DNA of 47,007 nucleotides from an uncultured Bacilli bacterium (GTDB lineage Bacteria; Bacillota_I; Bacilli_A; RF39; UBA660): NCBI GenBank assembly GCA_944363735.1, contig CALVVB010000004.1, positions 1 to 47,007 of the forward strand, read 5' to 3'. Shown piece by piece: positions 19,417 to 29,387 of this stretch (position 1 is its first letter; each line of letters starts with the position of its first letter). The notes under the pieces were generated by a model. It saw only the letters and a program-made list of their open reading frames with translations, ran no database searches and was not told where the DNA came from. The position numbers and the translations under genes were made by a program.

Positions 19417-19671
19417 ATGAAATTATTTAAGAAAGATAATATAAATGATTATATAATTCCTAAAGATTTATCTATTAGGGCAACTGGTATGCTTAATTCA
19501 TTATTAGTCAGAACTAATGATGAACTTGAAAATATTGATCTCTACTCTCTTAGTAATGATAGTAGAAAAGATGTTGCATTAGCATTTAGAGAATTAAGAA
19601 AGAAAAAATATATTATCTATAATTCATTAGATGATACATATTACGTTTATGTATCACCACAAAAAAAATAA
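19417..19671 (+). CDS. Small winged-HTH protein (replisome-organiser N-terminal-like)
   Basis: DLSIRATGMLNSLL...AFRELRKKKYI pattern; AAGGAGG RBS. Confidence 0.65.
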   Translation: MKLFKKDNINDYIIPKDLSIRATGMLNSLLVRTNDELENIDLYSLSNDSRKDVALAFRELRKKKYIIYNSLDDTYYVYVSPQKK

Positions 19672-19691
19672 TATGAAAGGAGGAAAAATAT

Positions 19692-19943
19692 ATGTCTGCA
19701 GAAGAAACATTAAAATTAATAGCTAAGCAATGGTGCACCCTAGAAGATATTATGAAACTTGGTCATCTTGGTAGGAATTCTGCACTAAAGGCTAAAAAGA
19801 AAATAAAAGACAAATTAGAAAAACAAGGTTATCTTATTCCAAAGTCTGTCATTCCAACTAAAGAAGTTGTCGCATTCTTTGATATAGATATACCTTATTT
19901 AGAATCTAGAGTTTCTAGTAAAGAATTGATAAAAAAATTGTAA
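19692..19943 (+). CDS. Putative excisionase/HTH DNA-binding protein
   Basis: Small basic protein WCTLEDIMKLGHLGRNSA...VIP; typical position in the operon. Confidence 0.6.
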   Translation: MSAEETLKLIAKQWCTLEDIMKLGHLGRNSALKAKKKIKDKLEKQGYLIPKSVIPTKEVVAFFDIDIPYLESRVSSKELIKKL

Positions 19944-19957
19944 GAAAGGAGATACAA

Positions 19958-20908
19958 ATGAAACAACTAAATGAAATAAATAAAATCATAAAAAAAGATA
20001 TCATCGTTGAAAACCTAATGATATCAAATGGAGTTTATCTACTTGTATCTCATCCTAAGGTTGGCAAGTCAATGTTTGCTCAGCAACTTGCCTTCTCTCT
20101 TACTACTGGAGAAGATTTTTTAGGATTTAAAGTAAATCCCTCTCATGTCTTATATATTACCACAGAGGGAGATATAAATCAATTAGAAACAAGATTTAAG
20201 TTAATGAATTTAAAGCCTAAATTAGATAAACTTCACATAATAGATTCAGATGATATATCAGATTTTTATATTAGAGATATTGAATATGATATTCATCAGT
20301 TAGCATCCAATAATCAAAAACTATTTGTCATTATAGATATGTTAAAAGATATAAAATTTGATACTAGTTATGATTTAAATAACTATCAAGAAATAAATGA
20401 TGTTGTATTTAGAAAATTAAAAGAGTTATATAAGAAATATAATATCACTCTGCTTGTTACTCATCACTTAAATAAAAGAGATGACACTATGGGTAGTGTT
20501 GGATTAAATGCTGATGTATCTGGAATTATTAAATTAAAAGAATCAAGAAATGATTATAACAAACTAACTTTAGATTATAAAGGTAGAGATTTAGGTAGAT
20601 TAGAATTAAATTTAAAACGAAATGATAATCAAACATTTAGTATTATAGATGAAAATACAGATGATGAAACTGATTATAATCTACTCTTATTTATAAAATA
20701 TGCAGTTTCTAAAAAAGATTTTGATTATACAATATCAGATATTTTATCTAAAACAAATATTTTATTAACTCCAACACAACTTGGAGGTTTAATTCAAAGA
20801 AACCTAAGTTTATTGGAGAAAGAAGGTCTTCATATAACAAGTAAAAGAACTGCTAATGAAAGATTATGGCATTGTTCTTATGAAGAACCTTCCGAAAATA
20901 ATGAATGA
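19958..20908 (+). CDS. AAA_25 / RepA-like (SF4) helicase-type ATPase
   Basis: SHPKVGKS Walker A, LYITTEG, VIIDML, LLVTHHLNK, GS. Confidence 0.8.
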   Translation: MKQLNEINKIIKKDIIVENLMISNGVYLLVSHPKVGKSMFAQQLAFSLTTGEDFLGFKVNPSHVLYITTEGDINQLETRFKLMNLKPKLDKLHIIDSDDISDFYIRDIEYDIHQLASNNQKLFVIIDMLKDIKFDTSYDLNNYQEINDVVFRKLKELYKKYNITLLVTHHLNKRDDTMGSVGLNADVSGIIKLKESRNDYNKLTLDYKGRDLGRLELNLKRNDNQTFSIIDENTDDETDYNLLLFIKYAVSKKDFDYTISDILSKTNILLTPTQLGGLIQRNLSLLEKEGLHITSKRTANERLWHCSYEEPSENNE

Positions 20909-21116
20909 ACGTGGCACGTTCTGACCTGTAAGGTTGGAAGTGGCGATAGTGAATTCATTACCCATTAATTAAATGATATAGTATATCGTTTAATTAATCT
21001 TGTAATAGAGAATGCCTTTACCTATTTATTAGGTATTGGCTCTAGCTATTACAAGCATAAAGGATTCTAAGGAATATTCCTTAGCTCACGGTTGGGCATA
21101 TATTATGCCCTAGTGA
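20907..21116 (+). other. Hairpin-dense intergenic region (candidate sso/ncRNA plus oriT)
   Basis: About seven consecutive stem-loops incl. GAACGTG-G-CACGTTC, CTTGTAATAG...CTATTACAAG, CTAAGGAA-TA-TTCCTTAG, GGGCATA-TAT-TATGCCC directly upstream of the relaxase. Confidence 0.6.
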
Positions 21117-21162
21117 GATAGAGTATTATTTTAAAACAAGCATTGAAAGGAGGTCAAAATAA

Positions 21163-22542
21163 ATGTACTCAGGAAAACAAGCGCTACGATTAGAAAAGTT
21201 TAAAGCATCAGATATTGGTGGACTTGATAAAGAATTAAAGGAAAGAAAAGGTTCTGGTAAATATGATAGTACTAGAACTCCATATAATATAGAATTAATA
21301 AATTATGATGGTCTTACTCTAGCAAGTTCTACATATGATTATCTTTATTCTAATAATATAAACTATAACCCAAATAAAAAAAGTACAAAAGTATTGAATG
21401 GTTTAATCATAACAAGTGGTCAAGAATTCTTTGAACATTATGGAATGGAATTTAAAGATACTGGAGAAGTTTATAAAACTGGAGATAACGCTGGTAAACC
21501 AATTAGACATGTTGTTATAGATGAAAGCCATAAATTACCAACTGAAATAAAAAGATTTTTTGATGAAAGTCTTAACTTTATTTCTAACTTCGTAGGAAAA
21601 GAAAATATAAGATATGCAGCAATACATCTTGATGAATCTACTCCACATATGCATATATATTTCACTCCAGTAGTTAATGAAGTTAAGAGAAAAGTATTTG
21701 AGTTAGATGAAAATGGTCATCAATTAAAACACGAAATAACTAATAAAAAAGGAGAAAAGAAATTAGTACCAATTCAAAAGAAAGATAAAAATGGAAATAA
21801 TATCTATGAAACAGTTAAAGGTAAATTTCTAAATTCAGATCAATTTTGGAAACAAAAAGGTGGTAATGCTTCTTATACTCTACTTCAAGATGATTATAAC
21901 GAATTTATTAAGTCAAAAGGTTATAACTTATTTAGAGGTGAAATTGGTGGAGATAAAACTCATCTAACTAATGCTATGAAACAGCAAATTGAATTAAATG
22001 CTTTAAATAAAGAAATAAGAAAAGAAAATGAGCTATTAAAAGAGGCAAATAAAGCCGAGAATAGATTTATTGATAAAGTTGATAAAGAAACATCAAAAGA
22101 TATCTTAAATCCTATTAAAAAAGGTATTTTAAAGCAATATAAAGATGAAGATATAGATAATCTATCTACTTACTCAAAAGAACTTGCTGAAGATAATATT
22201 AAAAAGGATTTAGAAATTAAACTTCTAACTAAAGAAGTTAATGATTTTAAATCAGGAGAAGCTTATATTAATCAAAAGAAAATTATTGATAGTCAAAAAG
22301 AAATTATTGAAAATAAAAATAAAGAAATAGGATTTTGGAAAAATAAATTTCAAGAATTAACTGAAGAATTTAATAATTTTAAAAATACGATTCAAAACAA
22401 AATATATTCTTTAACTACTAAATTATTAGATGTACTTCATATTCCATATAATTGGCATCAAGCTAATGATCCTGACTTTGCTATTGATAAAGCAAGACAA
22501 CACTTAAATAAAAATAAATCACGTGATGATTTAGAGAGATGA
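21163..22542 (+). CDS. MobV (Mob_Pre) relaxase
   Basis: DSTRTPYN, AAIHLDESTPHMHIYFTP, LQDDY..F...GYNL.RG; C-terminal coiled coil. Confidence 0.9.
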   Translation: MYSGKQALRLEKFKASDIGGLDKELKERKGSGKYDSTRTPYNIELINYDGLTLASSTYDYLYSNNINYNPNKKSTKVLNGLIITSGQEFFEHYGMEFKDTGEVYKTGDNAGKPIRHVVIDESHKLPTEIKRFFDESLNFISNFVGKENIRYAAIHLDESTPHMHIYFTPVVNEVKRKVFELDENGHQLKHEITNKKGEKKLVPIQKKDKNGNNIYETVKGKFLNSDQFWKQKGGNASYTLLQDDYNEFIKSKGYNLFRGEIGGDKTHLTNAMKQQIELNALNKEIRKENELLKEANKAENRFIDKVDKETSKDILNPIKKGILKQYKDEDIDNLSTYSKELAEDNIKKDLEIKLLTKEVNDFKSGEAYINQKKIIDSQKEIIENKNKEIGFWKNKFQELTEEFNNFKNTIQNKIYSLTTKLLDVLHIPYNWHQANDPDFAIDKARQHLNKNKSRDDLER

Positions 22543-22629
22543 TTATAAATATTTGTAGTTTGTATGATAAAATATAATTGTTACGAACTGGTATATTTAT
22601 AAATCCCAACAAAAAAGGAGGAATGAAAT

Positions 22630-23748
22630 ATGGGAATATATAAATTACCAAAAAATCAATGGACTAAAGATGGTCGTAAATATAAATATTATTGGAATGA
22701 AAAAGATAAAAATGGAAAATGGCATAAAAGGTTTTCTAAAGCTTATAAAACTAAATTAGATGCAATGAACGCTGAAAGAGAGTTTTTAAATAGTAAGGTT
22801 GAATTTGGTGGAGATATGGATATGACATTTGGTACTCTTACTGACCAATATATCGAATCTCAAAAAAATAAAGTTAGAAGAAGAACAATGGAAACATATT
22901 TAAAAAGAAGAAGATATTTTGCTGATTTTGAGAATGTTAAATTAAAAGATATGGATGGAAATCTATATCATAAGTTTCAACAAGATTTATGGAATAAACC
23001 TATTAAATGTTCTACTAGAAATGATGTTCAAAAGTTTTTAAAAATTATTCTTAATTGGGGAATGAAAATGTATGATATCAATCTAATGAAATTTTATAAA
23101 AAAATAGAGTTCTTTAAAGACCCTAATGAAATGAAAGAAGAAAAAGATGTTTACACTTTTGAAGAGTTTCAAAAATATATAACAGGAACTACTAATCTAA
23201 ATGATAAAACAATGTTTGAAATGTTATATTATTGTGGATTACGTCGTGGTGAAGCAAGAGGTTTACAATGGTCTGATATTGACTGGAATAATAAGTTAGT
23301 ATCTATTACTAAACAAGCTAATAGTGTAAAGGATAGTCAAAAATATTATGAACTAACTCCACCTAAAACATCTAAAAGTATTAGAACTTTACCTCTTACT
23401 GAAGTTTTATATAACGATTTAGTAAATTTATACAATGAAAAAAAGAAGTACTACGGCTTCAATGACAAATGGTTTATCTTCGGAGAACACGAACCATTAA
23501 CTTTCGGAATGATGTCTAGAATTAATGGTAGAATTGCTGAAAGTGCTGATATTAGAAGAATACCACTACACTCTTTTAGACATAGTTGTGCATCTCTACT
23601 AATTAATACTGGACAACCTGTAACAACTGTATCTAAGTATTTAGGACATGCTAGTACTAAAGAAACATTAGATACATATGCTCACATGTTTCCAAATAAT
23701 CTTACTAATGTAAAAAATACCATAGATAATTTAAATCTAGGTATTTAA
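22630..23748 (+). CDS. Tyrosine recombinase/integrase
   Basis: GLRRGE, PKT, HSFRHS, LGHA, TLDTYAH catalytic residues; N-terminal arm-binding region. Confidence 0.95.
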   Translation: MGIYKLPKNQWTKDGRKYKYYWNEKDKNGKWHKRFSKAYKTKLDAMNAEREFLNSKVEFGGDMDMTFGTLTDQYIESQKNKVRRRTMETYLKRRRYFADFENVKLKDMDGNLYHKFQQDLWNKPIKCSTRNDVQKFLKIILNWGMKMYDINLMKFYKKIEFFKDPNEMKEEKDVYTFEEFQKYITGTTNLNDKTMFEMLYYCGLRRGEARGLQWSDIDWNNKLVSITKQANSVKDSQKYYELTPPKTSKSIRTLPLTEVLYNDLVNLYNEKKKYYGFNDKWFIFGEHEPLTFGMMSRINGRIAESADIRRIPLHSFRHSCASLLINTGQPVTTVSKYLGHASTKETLDTYAHMFPNNLTNVKNTIDNLNLGI

Positions 23749-23770
23749 ATAAACTTAAATAAAAAATAAA

Positions 23771-23813
23771 TTTGGTATCTGAAAAAAGGTTTTTGGTATC
23801 TGGCTTGGTATCT
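23771..23813 (+). repeat. Integrase arm-type sites, right (3x [T/C]TTGGTATCT)
   Basis: 23771-23780, 23792-23801, 23804-23813. Confidence 0.8.
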
Positions 23814-23849
23814 AGAAAAAATTAAAAACCTCAGAAACCCTTATAAAAC

Positions 23850-23957
23850 AAAAAGTGTTCCCTCTTTCGAGGGAACTTCAGGGGGTTCGGTTGAATATAA
23901 ATCCACACTTAGATCGTGGATTATATCACCATGATAAGTAATATACTTATCATGTAC
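23850..23957 (-). ncRNA. Putative small RNA A (integration target)
   Basis: TTGACA(23990)-17-TATGAT(23967) promoter; two hairpins; unpaired CAACCGAACCCCCUGAA; GUUCCCUC-GAAA-GAGGGAAC-ACUUUUU terminator; no useful ORF. Confidence 0.7.
23876..23885 (+). repeat. attR core (CTTCAGGGGG)
   Basis: Identical to 13520-13529. Confidence 0.85.
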
Positions 23958-24023
23958 ATTAATCATATCTAAAAATTTTAAAGTTGTCAATTTGATTTTG
24001 AAAATTTTAGAAAAATTTTACAA

Positions 24024-26009
24024 CTAGCTATGTATAATTGCACTAATAAGTCTTAATTTATTAGCATCATTTTCTTTATCTAGTAAGTATTCTAAAGAGT
24101 CTTCTCTAGCTTGTAACAATATTTTATAATCTGCTTTTAAATCTGCTATCTTAAAGGTCATATCACCACTTTGTTTAGTACCAAATAAATCTCCATGTCC
24201 TCTTAATTTAAAATCTTCTTCACTTATTTCAAATCCATCATTAGTATTTTCCATAATCTCAAGTCTTTTTGTATCATTATCACTAATTAAGATACAACTA
24301 GACTGTAATTCACTTCTTCCTACTCTTCCCCTTAACTGATGTAGTGTAGATAAACCAAATCTTTCAGCATTAAATATTACCATCATCGTAGCATTCGGTA
24401 CATCTACCCCTACTTCAATAACAGTTGTACTAATTAGTATCTGTACTTTATTTTGTAAGAACTCATTCATAATTAACTCTTTAGCAGCACTAGCCATTTT
24501 ACCATGTACTAAATCTATTTTATATTTACTACCAAAAGCAAGAGTCATTTTTTCTTTTAAATCATTTACATTAGTTAAATCGCTGTTTTCACTTTCTTCT
24601 ATTAAAGGAGCGATAACATATATCTGATGACCTTCTTTTAACTCTTCATACATTAATTCTAAAACATCTTTAATCTCTTTATTTGTCTTAACAACTGTCT
24701 TAATCTTCTTTCTACCCTTAGGTCTTGTCTTAATAGTAGAAACATCCATATCTCCGTAAATAGTTAAAGCATAAGTTCTAGGAATTGGAGTTGCACTCAT
24801 ATATAAGGTATCAGGTTTTTGTCCTTTATTTTGTAAGTTAGCCCTTTGATTAACTCCAAATCTATGTTGTTCATCTGTTATAACTAAACCAAGATTATGA
24901 TAAGTAACATCATCTTGAATTAGAGCATGTGTTCCAACGATTATATCTATATCACCATTTTTTAATTCTTCATAAATTAAATCTTTTTCTTTCTTAGGAG
25001 TTGATCCTGTAAGTAAAGCCATATTTAAGTTATAATCTTTAAAAACTTCTTTTAAATTACTAAAGTGTTGGGTTGCAAGTATTTCAGTAGGAGCCATTAA
25101 AGCACTTTGATAACCACTTAAATAGTTTGCATACATGGCTATAAAAGAAACAATAGTCTTACCACTACCAACATCACCTTGTAATAATCTATTCATCCTA
25201 TTAGGCCTTTTTAAATCTTTAATAATAGTATTAACTGCAGTTACTTGATCTTTAGTTAGTTCAAAAGGAAGAGATGAAATAAAATTATTTACTTTAGATT
25301 CATCTATACTTCTTGCAATACCACTATTTGCCTTCTTATTCTCTTCTTTTAAATAATTAATTTTAAACATAAACTCAAATAATTCTTCATACTTAAGTCT
25401 TATTATCGCTTCTTTTAATTTTTCTTTACTAGGTGGATTATGTACGATATTTAAAGCCAGTCTCTTATTAGAAAAATTATATTTTTCTTGATATTTTAAA
25501 GGTATACTATCATGTATCTCTTTACTTTGACCAAGTAGGGCCATATTAATATATAAAGCCATATTTTTATTAGTTAAGCCACTAGTTAAATGGTAAACTG
25601 GCTCGATCTTTACTTTATTAGATAAAGACTCCATCTTTATTTCTGATGCTGTTATAACATTTTTAGGTTTATCAAACTTACCAATTACTGTGATAGTTGT
25701 ACCAACTGTAAGTTGACTTTTTAAAAAAGCTCTATTAAATATTGAAACTCCTACAACTCCACTAGCTGTTACAAGGCGAAAGTTCATTTTATTAAGTCCT
25801 GCTTTAAATCTAACTAATATTGGACTACTTTCTATTTTTCCATCTATAATTATATGATCTCCATCATTTGTTTCAGCTAAATTTCCTCTAACTAAAAATT
25901 CATATCTAAAAGGATAATGGGTAACTAAATCATCTACTGTATTTATCCCAATTTTAGAAAGAAGTGTTAAAGCTCTAGGTCCTACACCTTTTATATCTTT
26001 TAATGCCAT
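24024..26009 (-). CDS. recG: ATP-dependent DNA helicase RecG
   Basis: MNRLLQGDVGSGKT, DEQHRFG, MSATPIPRT, QLRGRVGR. Confidence 0.97.
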   Translation of the reverse strand: MALKDIKGVGPRALTLLSKIGINTVDDLVTHYPFRYEFLVRGNLAETNDGDHIIIDGKIESSPILVRFKAGLNKMNFRLVTASGVVGVSIFNRAFLKSQLTVGTTITVIGKFDKPKNVITASEIKMESLSNKVKIEPVYHLTSGLTNKNMALYINMALLGQSKEIHDSIPLKYQEKYNFSNKRLALNIVHNPPSKEKLKEAIIRLKYEELFEFMFKINYLKEENKKANSGIARSIDESKVNNFISSLPFELTKDQVTAVNTIIKDLKRPNRMNRLLQGDVGSGKTIVSFIAMYANYLSGYQSALMAPTEILATQHFSNLKEVFKDYNLNMALLTGSTPKKEKDLIYEELKNGDIDIIVGTHALIQDDVTYHNLGLVITDEQHRFGVNQRANLQNKGQKPDTLYMSATPIPRTYALTIYGDMDVSTIKTRPKGRKKIKTVVKTNKEIKDVLELMYEELKEGHQIYVIAPLIEESENSDLTNVNDLKEKMTLAFGSKYKIDLVHGKMASAAKELIMNEFLQNKVQILISTTVIEVGVDVPNATMMVIFNAERFGLSTLHQLRGRVGRSELQSSCILISDNDTKRLEIMENTNDGFEISEEDFKLRGHGDLFGTKQSGDMTFKIADLKADYKILLQAREDSLEYLLDKENDANKLRLISAIIHS

Positions 26010-26102
26010 ACACACCACCTCTTTTTCTGTCTCATATTATAGCATATTTTTTAGAATTTTAAAAGAAAATAAATCATAAAATTTAAATAAAAGGAGGAAG
26101 TT

Positions 26103-26831
26103 ATGAAAGTAATTGCAAATGGTGGTGCATCTACTAAAAATGTAGCTAGTAATACTTTAGATGCTATTTATTTAGGACTTAATGCTCCATATATTGATGG
26201 ATTTAAATTTAAACTTTATTTGACTAAAGATAAAGAAATTATTACTTTGAGTGATGATATTGTAAATCTTTTTACAAAGGGTATTAATGAAATAGATGAC
26301 TATACTTTGAAAGACTTTCTATTTTTTAATGTAGGAAGTAGTGTTCAAAAACAACAAATAGTTACGTTAAGACAAATTTTATATACTTTTCAAAATAGAG
26401 GAAAATATTTAATATTAGAACTTGCTGATCAAAAAGAAAATAATGCTTTATTTACAGATTTAGTTTTGAATATGGTAAGGAGTTACTCTAATAGTATTAA
26501 TATTTATTTGGAAAGTGAAAATAAAGAAATAGTTGAGTATTTAAAAGCAACTGATAATTCTTATCCTATCGGTATTAGGGTAACAGAAAATAGTAGAGAT
26601 AATTGGTTTATTGATGTTGATTTTTATGATATTAACACTACTCTTTTAGATGATTTTAATATAAGAGAAAAAGTTAGAGAAAATAAGCTTATTATGATAG
26701 ATCAAGTAAATAGAATGGAAGTATTTGATTTAATCTATGCTGAATATCAAGATATATTTAATTATATTTATATTATAACTAGTCAAATTGCTAATATTAA
26801 TAGTAATGAGCAAATCCAAAATAGAAGTTAA
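26103..26831 (+). CDS. Glycerophosphodiester phosphodiesterase-like protein (degenerate active site)
   Basis: IANGG (vs IAHRG), NTLDAI, LTKD, IVTL, LILEL. Confidence 0.65.
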   Translation: MKVIANGGASTKNVASNTLDAIYLGLNAPYIDGFKFKLYLTKDKEIITLSDDIVNLFTKGINEIDDYTLKDFLFFNVGSSVQKQQIVTLRQILYTFQNRGKYLILELADQKENNALFTDLVLNMVRSYSNSINIYLESENKEIVEYLKATDNSYPIGIRVTENSRDNWFIDVDFYDINTTLLDDFNIREKVRENKLIMIDQVNRMEVFDLIYAEYQDIFNYIYIITSQIANINSNEQIQNRS

Positions 26832-26974
26832 ATTTTAACTTCTGTTTTTATTAGTAGTACTTTTAAGTATATATATATAATTTTTTAATAACTACTTAAA
26901 CTATAAACATCTAAAAAATAGTATTTTTTTCAAAAAAGTGTTGACAAAATAACAACAAGTGATTATTATAAAAA

Positions 26975-27078
26975 GCACCAATTCGGAATTAGGCGAATTG
27001 GTCGCTAGTATCACACTAGCCAACCCCTTTTTATTCTTTTTAAGAGACTGCCCTTCAGGGGGTGCAGTCTCTATTTTT
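26975..27078 (+). ncRNA. Putative small RNA B / leader
   Basis: TTGACA(26941)-17-TATTAT(26964); hairpins ACCAATTCG/CGAATTGGT and GCTAGT/ACTAGC; CAACCCCUUU; AGAGACTGC/GCAGTCTCT terminator with T tail. Confidence 0.65.
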
Positions 27079-27151
27079 ATTTTTGTCCATGACAATAGTC
27101 AAGACGGAAATTTATATCCTTCATATTTTAATAATGAAAGGAGATAAAATT

Positions 27152-27838
<687 letters not shown>

Positions 27839-27853
27839 TAAAACAATAATTTG

Positions 27854-27880
27854 AAAGCATCTCATAAATGAGATGCTTTT
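27854..27880. terminator. Bidirectional terminator
   Basis: aaagcatctcat-aa-atgagatgcttt between convergent genes. Confidence 0.75.
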
Positions 27881-27935
27881 GTAATTTTAACTTCTTAACA
27901 ATAGTTAAATTAAGAAACGACTAGTTTAAACTAGT

Positions 27936-29252
27936 CTATACAAAGTTCATATTACCTACCATCATATCAGTTATTGTTTTACCAAACAGTTCTAGAAAGT
28001 TAAGCTTATCTATATTTTCTGTTACTGTTAATATTTCTTCTTTTATCTTTTCATTATTACTATCTTTAATTATAATCTTACCTACTTCATCTCCTATTTT
28101 TAAAGGTAAGTTATTATTAGTTATTTTTATATCATAAGCATATTTTTTAGTATCTGCACTTTTCTTAGAAAGTATTGCAATATCATTTAGTGGCACTAAA
28201 CTAATTTTAGGACTAGTCGCTTTATCTAAACTTATTTCTTTTACAATATCATCTGTTGTTTTTAATATTTCTATTTTATAGTTATTAAATCCATAATCAA
28301 GTAAGCTCATCGTTTCACTATTTCGAACTTGACTATTCTCTTCTCCTAAAACTATAGCGATAAGTCTTAAATCATCTCTTTTGGCAGTTGCTGCTAGGCA
28401 GTACTTAGCAGCATCTGTATGTCCTGTTTTTAGTCCATCTGCACCTTCATAAAATCTTACTAATTTATTAGTATTAACTAACCAAAATTTATTATCAGTA
28501 TCTTCTCTTAGATAATCTTCATAAACTGATGAGAATTCTAATATCTTCTCATGTTTTAAAAGTTCTCTTGCAATTACAGCCATATCATAAGCACTTGAGT
28601 AGTGTCCATCTTCATCTAGTCCTGTACAGTTTTTAAAGAAAGTATTTTTAAGTCCTAACTCTTTAACTTTTGTATTCATCATCTCTACAAATTCAACTTC
28701 ACTTCCTGCAATAAACTCTGCCATAGCGACAGTGGCATCATTAGCACTTGCCATAGATATACCTTTCATCATATCTTCAACAGTCATCTTTTCTCCTGTT
28801 GTTAAATAAATTTGGCTTCCTCCCATACCTGAAGCATTTGCACTTGCTGTAACAATATCATTCCATTTAATTTTACCAGCTTCAATTTGCTCTAATATAA
28901 TAATCTGTGCAACCATTTTAGTCATAGATGCAACTGCTACCTGTTCATCTTTATTTTTTTCAAAAATTATCTCACCAGTAGTTGCATCCATTAAAATACC
29001 AGCTGTTGCATTAGGTATAAGTGATGTATCAATAGCATCATCATTATTTATATTTTCTCCATTTGTATCAGTATTTTCAGTAGTAGCATTCTTATTGTTT
29101 AAAGTATCACTTTCTTTATTATTAGACTCTTCATTAGTAGTAGAGTCATTTTGTTCTGTAATACTTTTCTCTTTATTATCAGCTTCTTCCGCTTTAACAT
29201 AACAGGGTATTAAAAGAATAGATAACATAAGTAATATAATTACCTTTTTCAT
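27936..29252 (-). CDS. dacF: D-alanyl-D-alanine carboxypeptidase (peptidase S11, DacF-like)
   Basis: ASMTK, GMGGSQIYL, SAN, FWLVNTNKLVRFY, KTG; signal peptide. Confidence 0.85.
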   Translation of the reverse strand: MKKVIILLMLSILLIPCYVKAEEADNKEKSITEQNDSTTNEESNNKESDTLNNKNATTENTDTNGENINNDDAIDTSLIPNATAGILMDATTGEIIFEKNKDEQVAVASMTKMVAQIIILEQIEAGKIKWNDIVTASANASGMGGSQIYLTTGEKMTVEDMMKGISMASANDATVAMAEFIAGSEVEFVEMMNTKVKELGLKNTFFKNCTGLDEDGHYSSAYDMAVIARELLKHEKILEFSSVYEDYLREDTDNKFWLVNTNKLVRFYEGADGLKTGHTDAAKYCLAATAKRDDLRLIAIVLGEENSQVRNSETMSLLDYGFNNYKIEILKTTDDIVKEISLDKATSPKISLVPLNDIAILSKKSADTKKYAYDIKITNNNLPLKIGDEVGKIIIKDSNNEKIKEEILTVTENIDKLNFLELFGKTITDMMVGNMNFV

Positions 29253-29387
29253 TAAATCAACTCCTAATAAAGGCTATGCTATCTTTTTTTAAATATGATT
29301 ATCTAATTTATATTAAAATCTCTATGAATATGATATTATGGTATTAATAAAGATTAACTATAATAAAATTAAGTAAGGTGTTTATGT

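Larger units (their letters stand above)
13520..23885. mobile_element. Integrative mobilizable element (tyrosine integrase + MobV relaxase), ~10.4 kb
   Basis: CTTCAGGGGG direct repeat at both ends, arm-type repeats near both ends, int/mob/helicase/xis/repressor module, no mating-pair genes. Confidence 0.9.

Noticed and set aside
23850-23957. tRNA/tmRNA/SRP/6S identity for the integration target
   Set aside because: No T-loop GTTCRA, CCA end, SRP loop or long 6S-type duplex is recognisable
13520-27063. Larger element ending at the third CTTCAGGGGG copy
   Set aside because: It would include core recG, and no arm-type repeats flank 27052-27063
26901-27147. ORFs 26901-27095 (-), 26959-27147 (+) and the GTG-extended start of the collagen gene at 27062
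   Set aside because: They overlap a promoter, hairpins and a terminator, with no convincing RBS; an ncRNA plus the ATG at 27152 explains the region better
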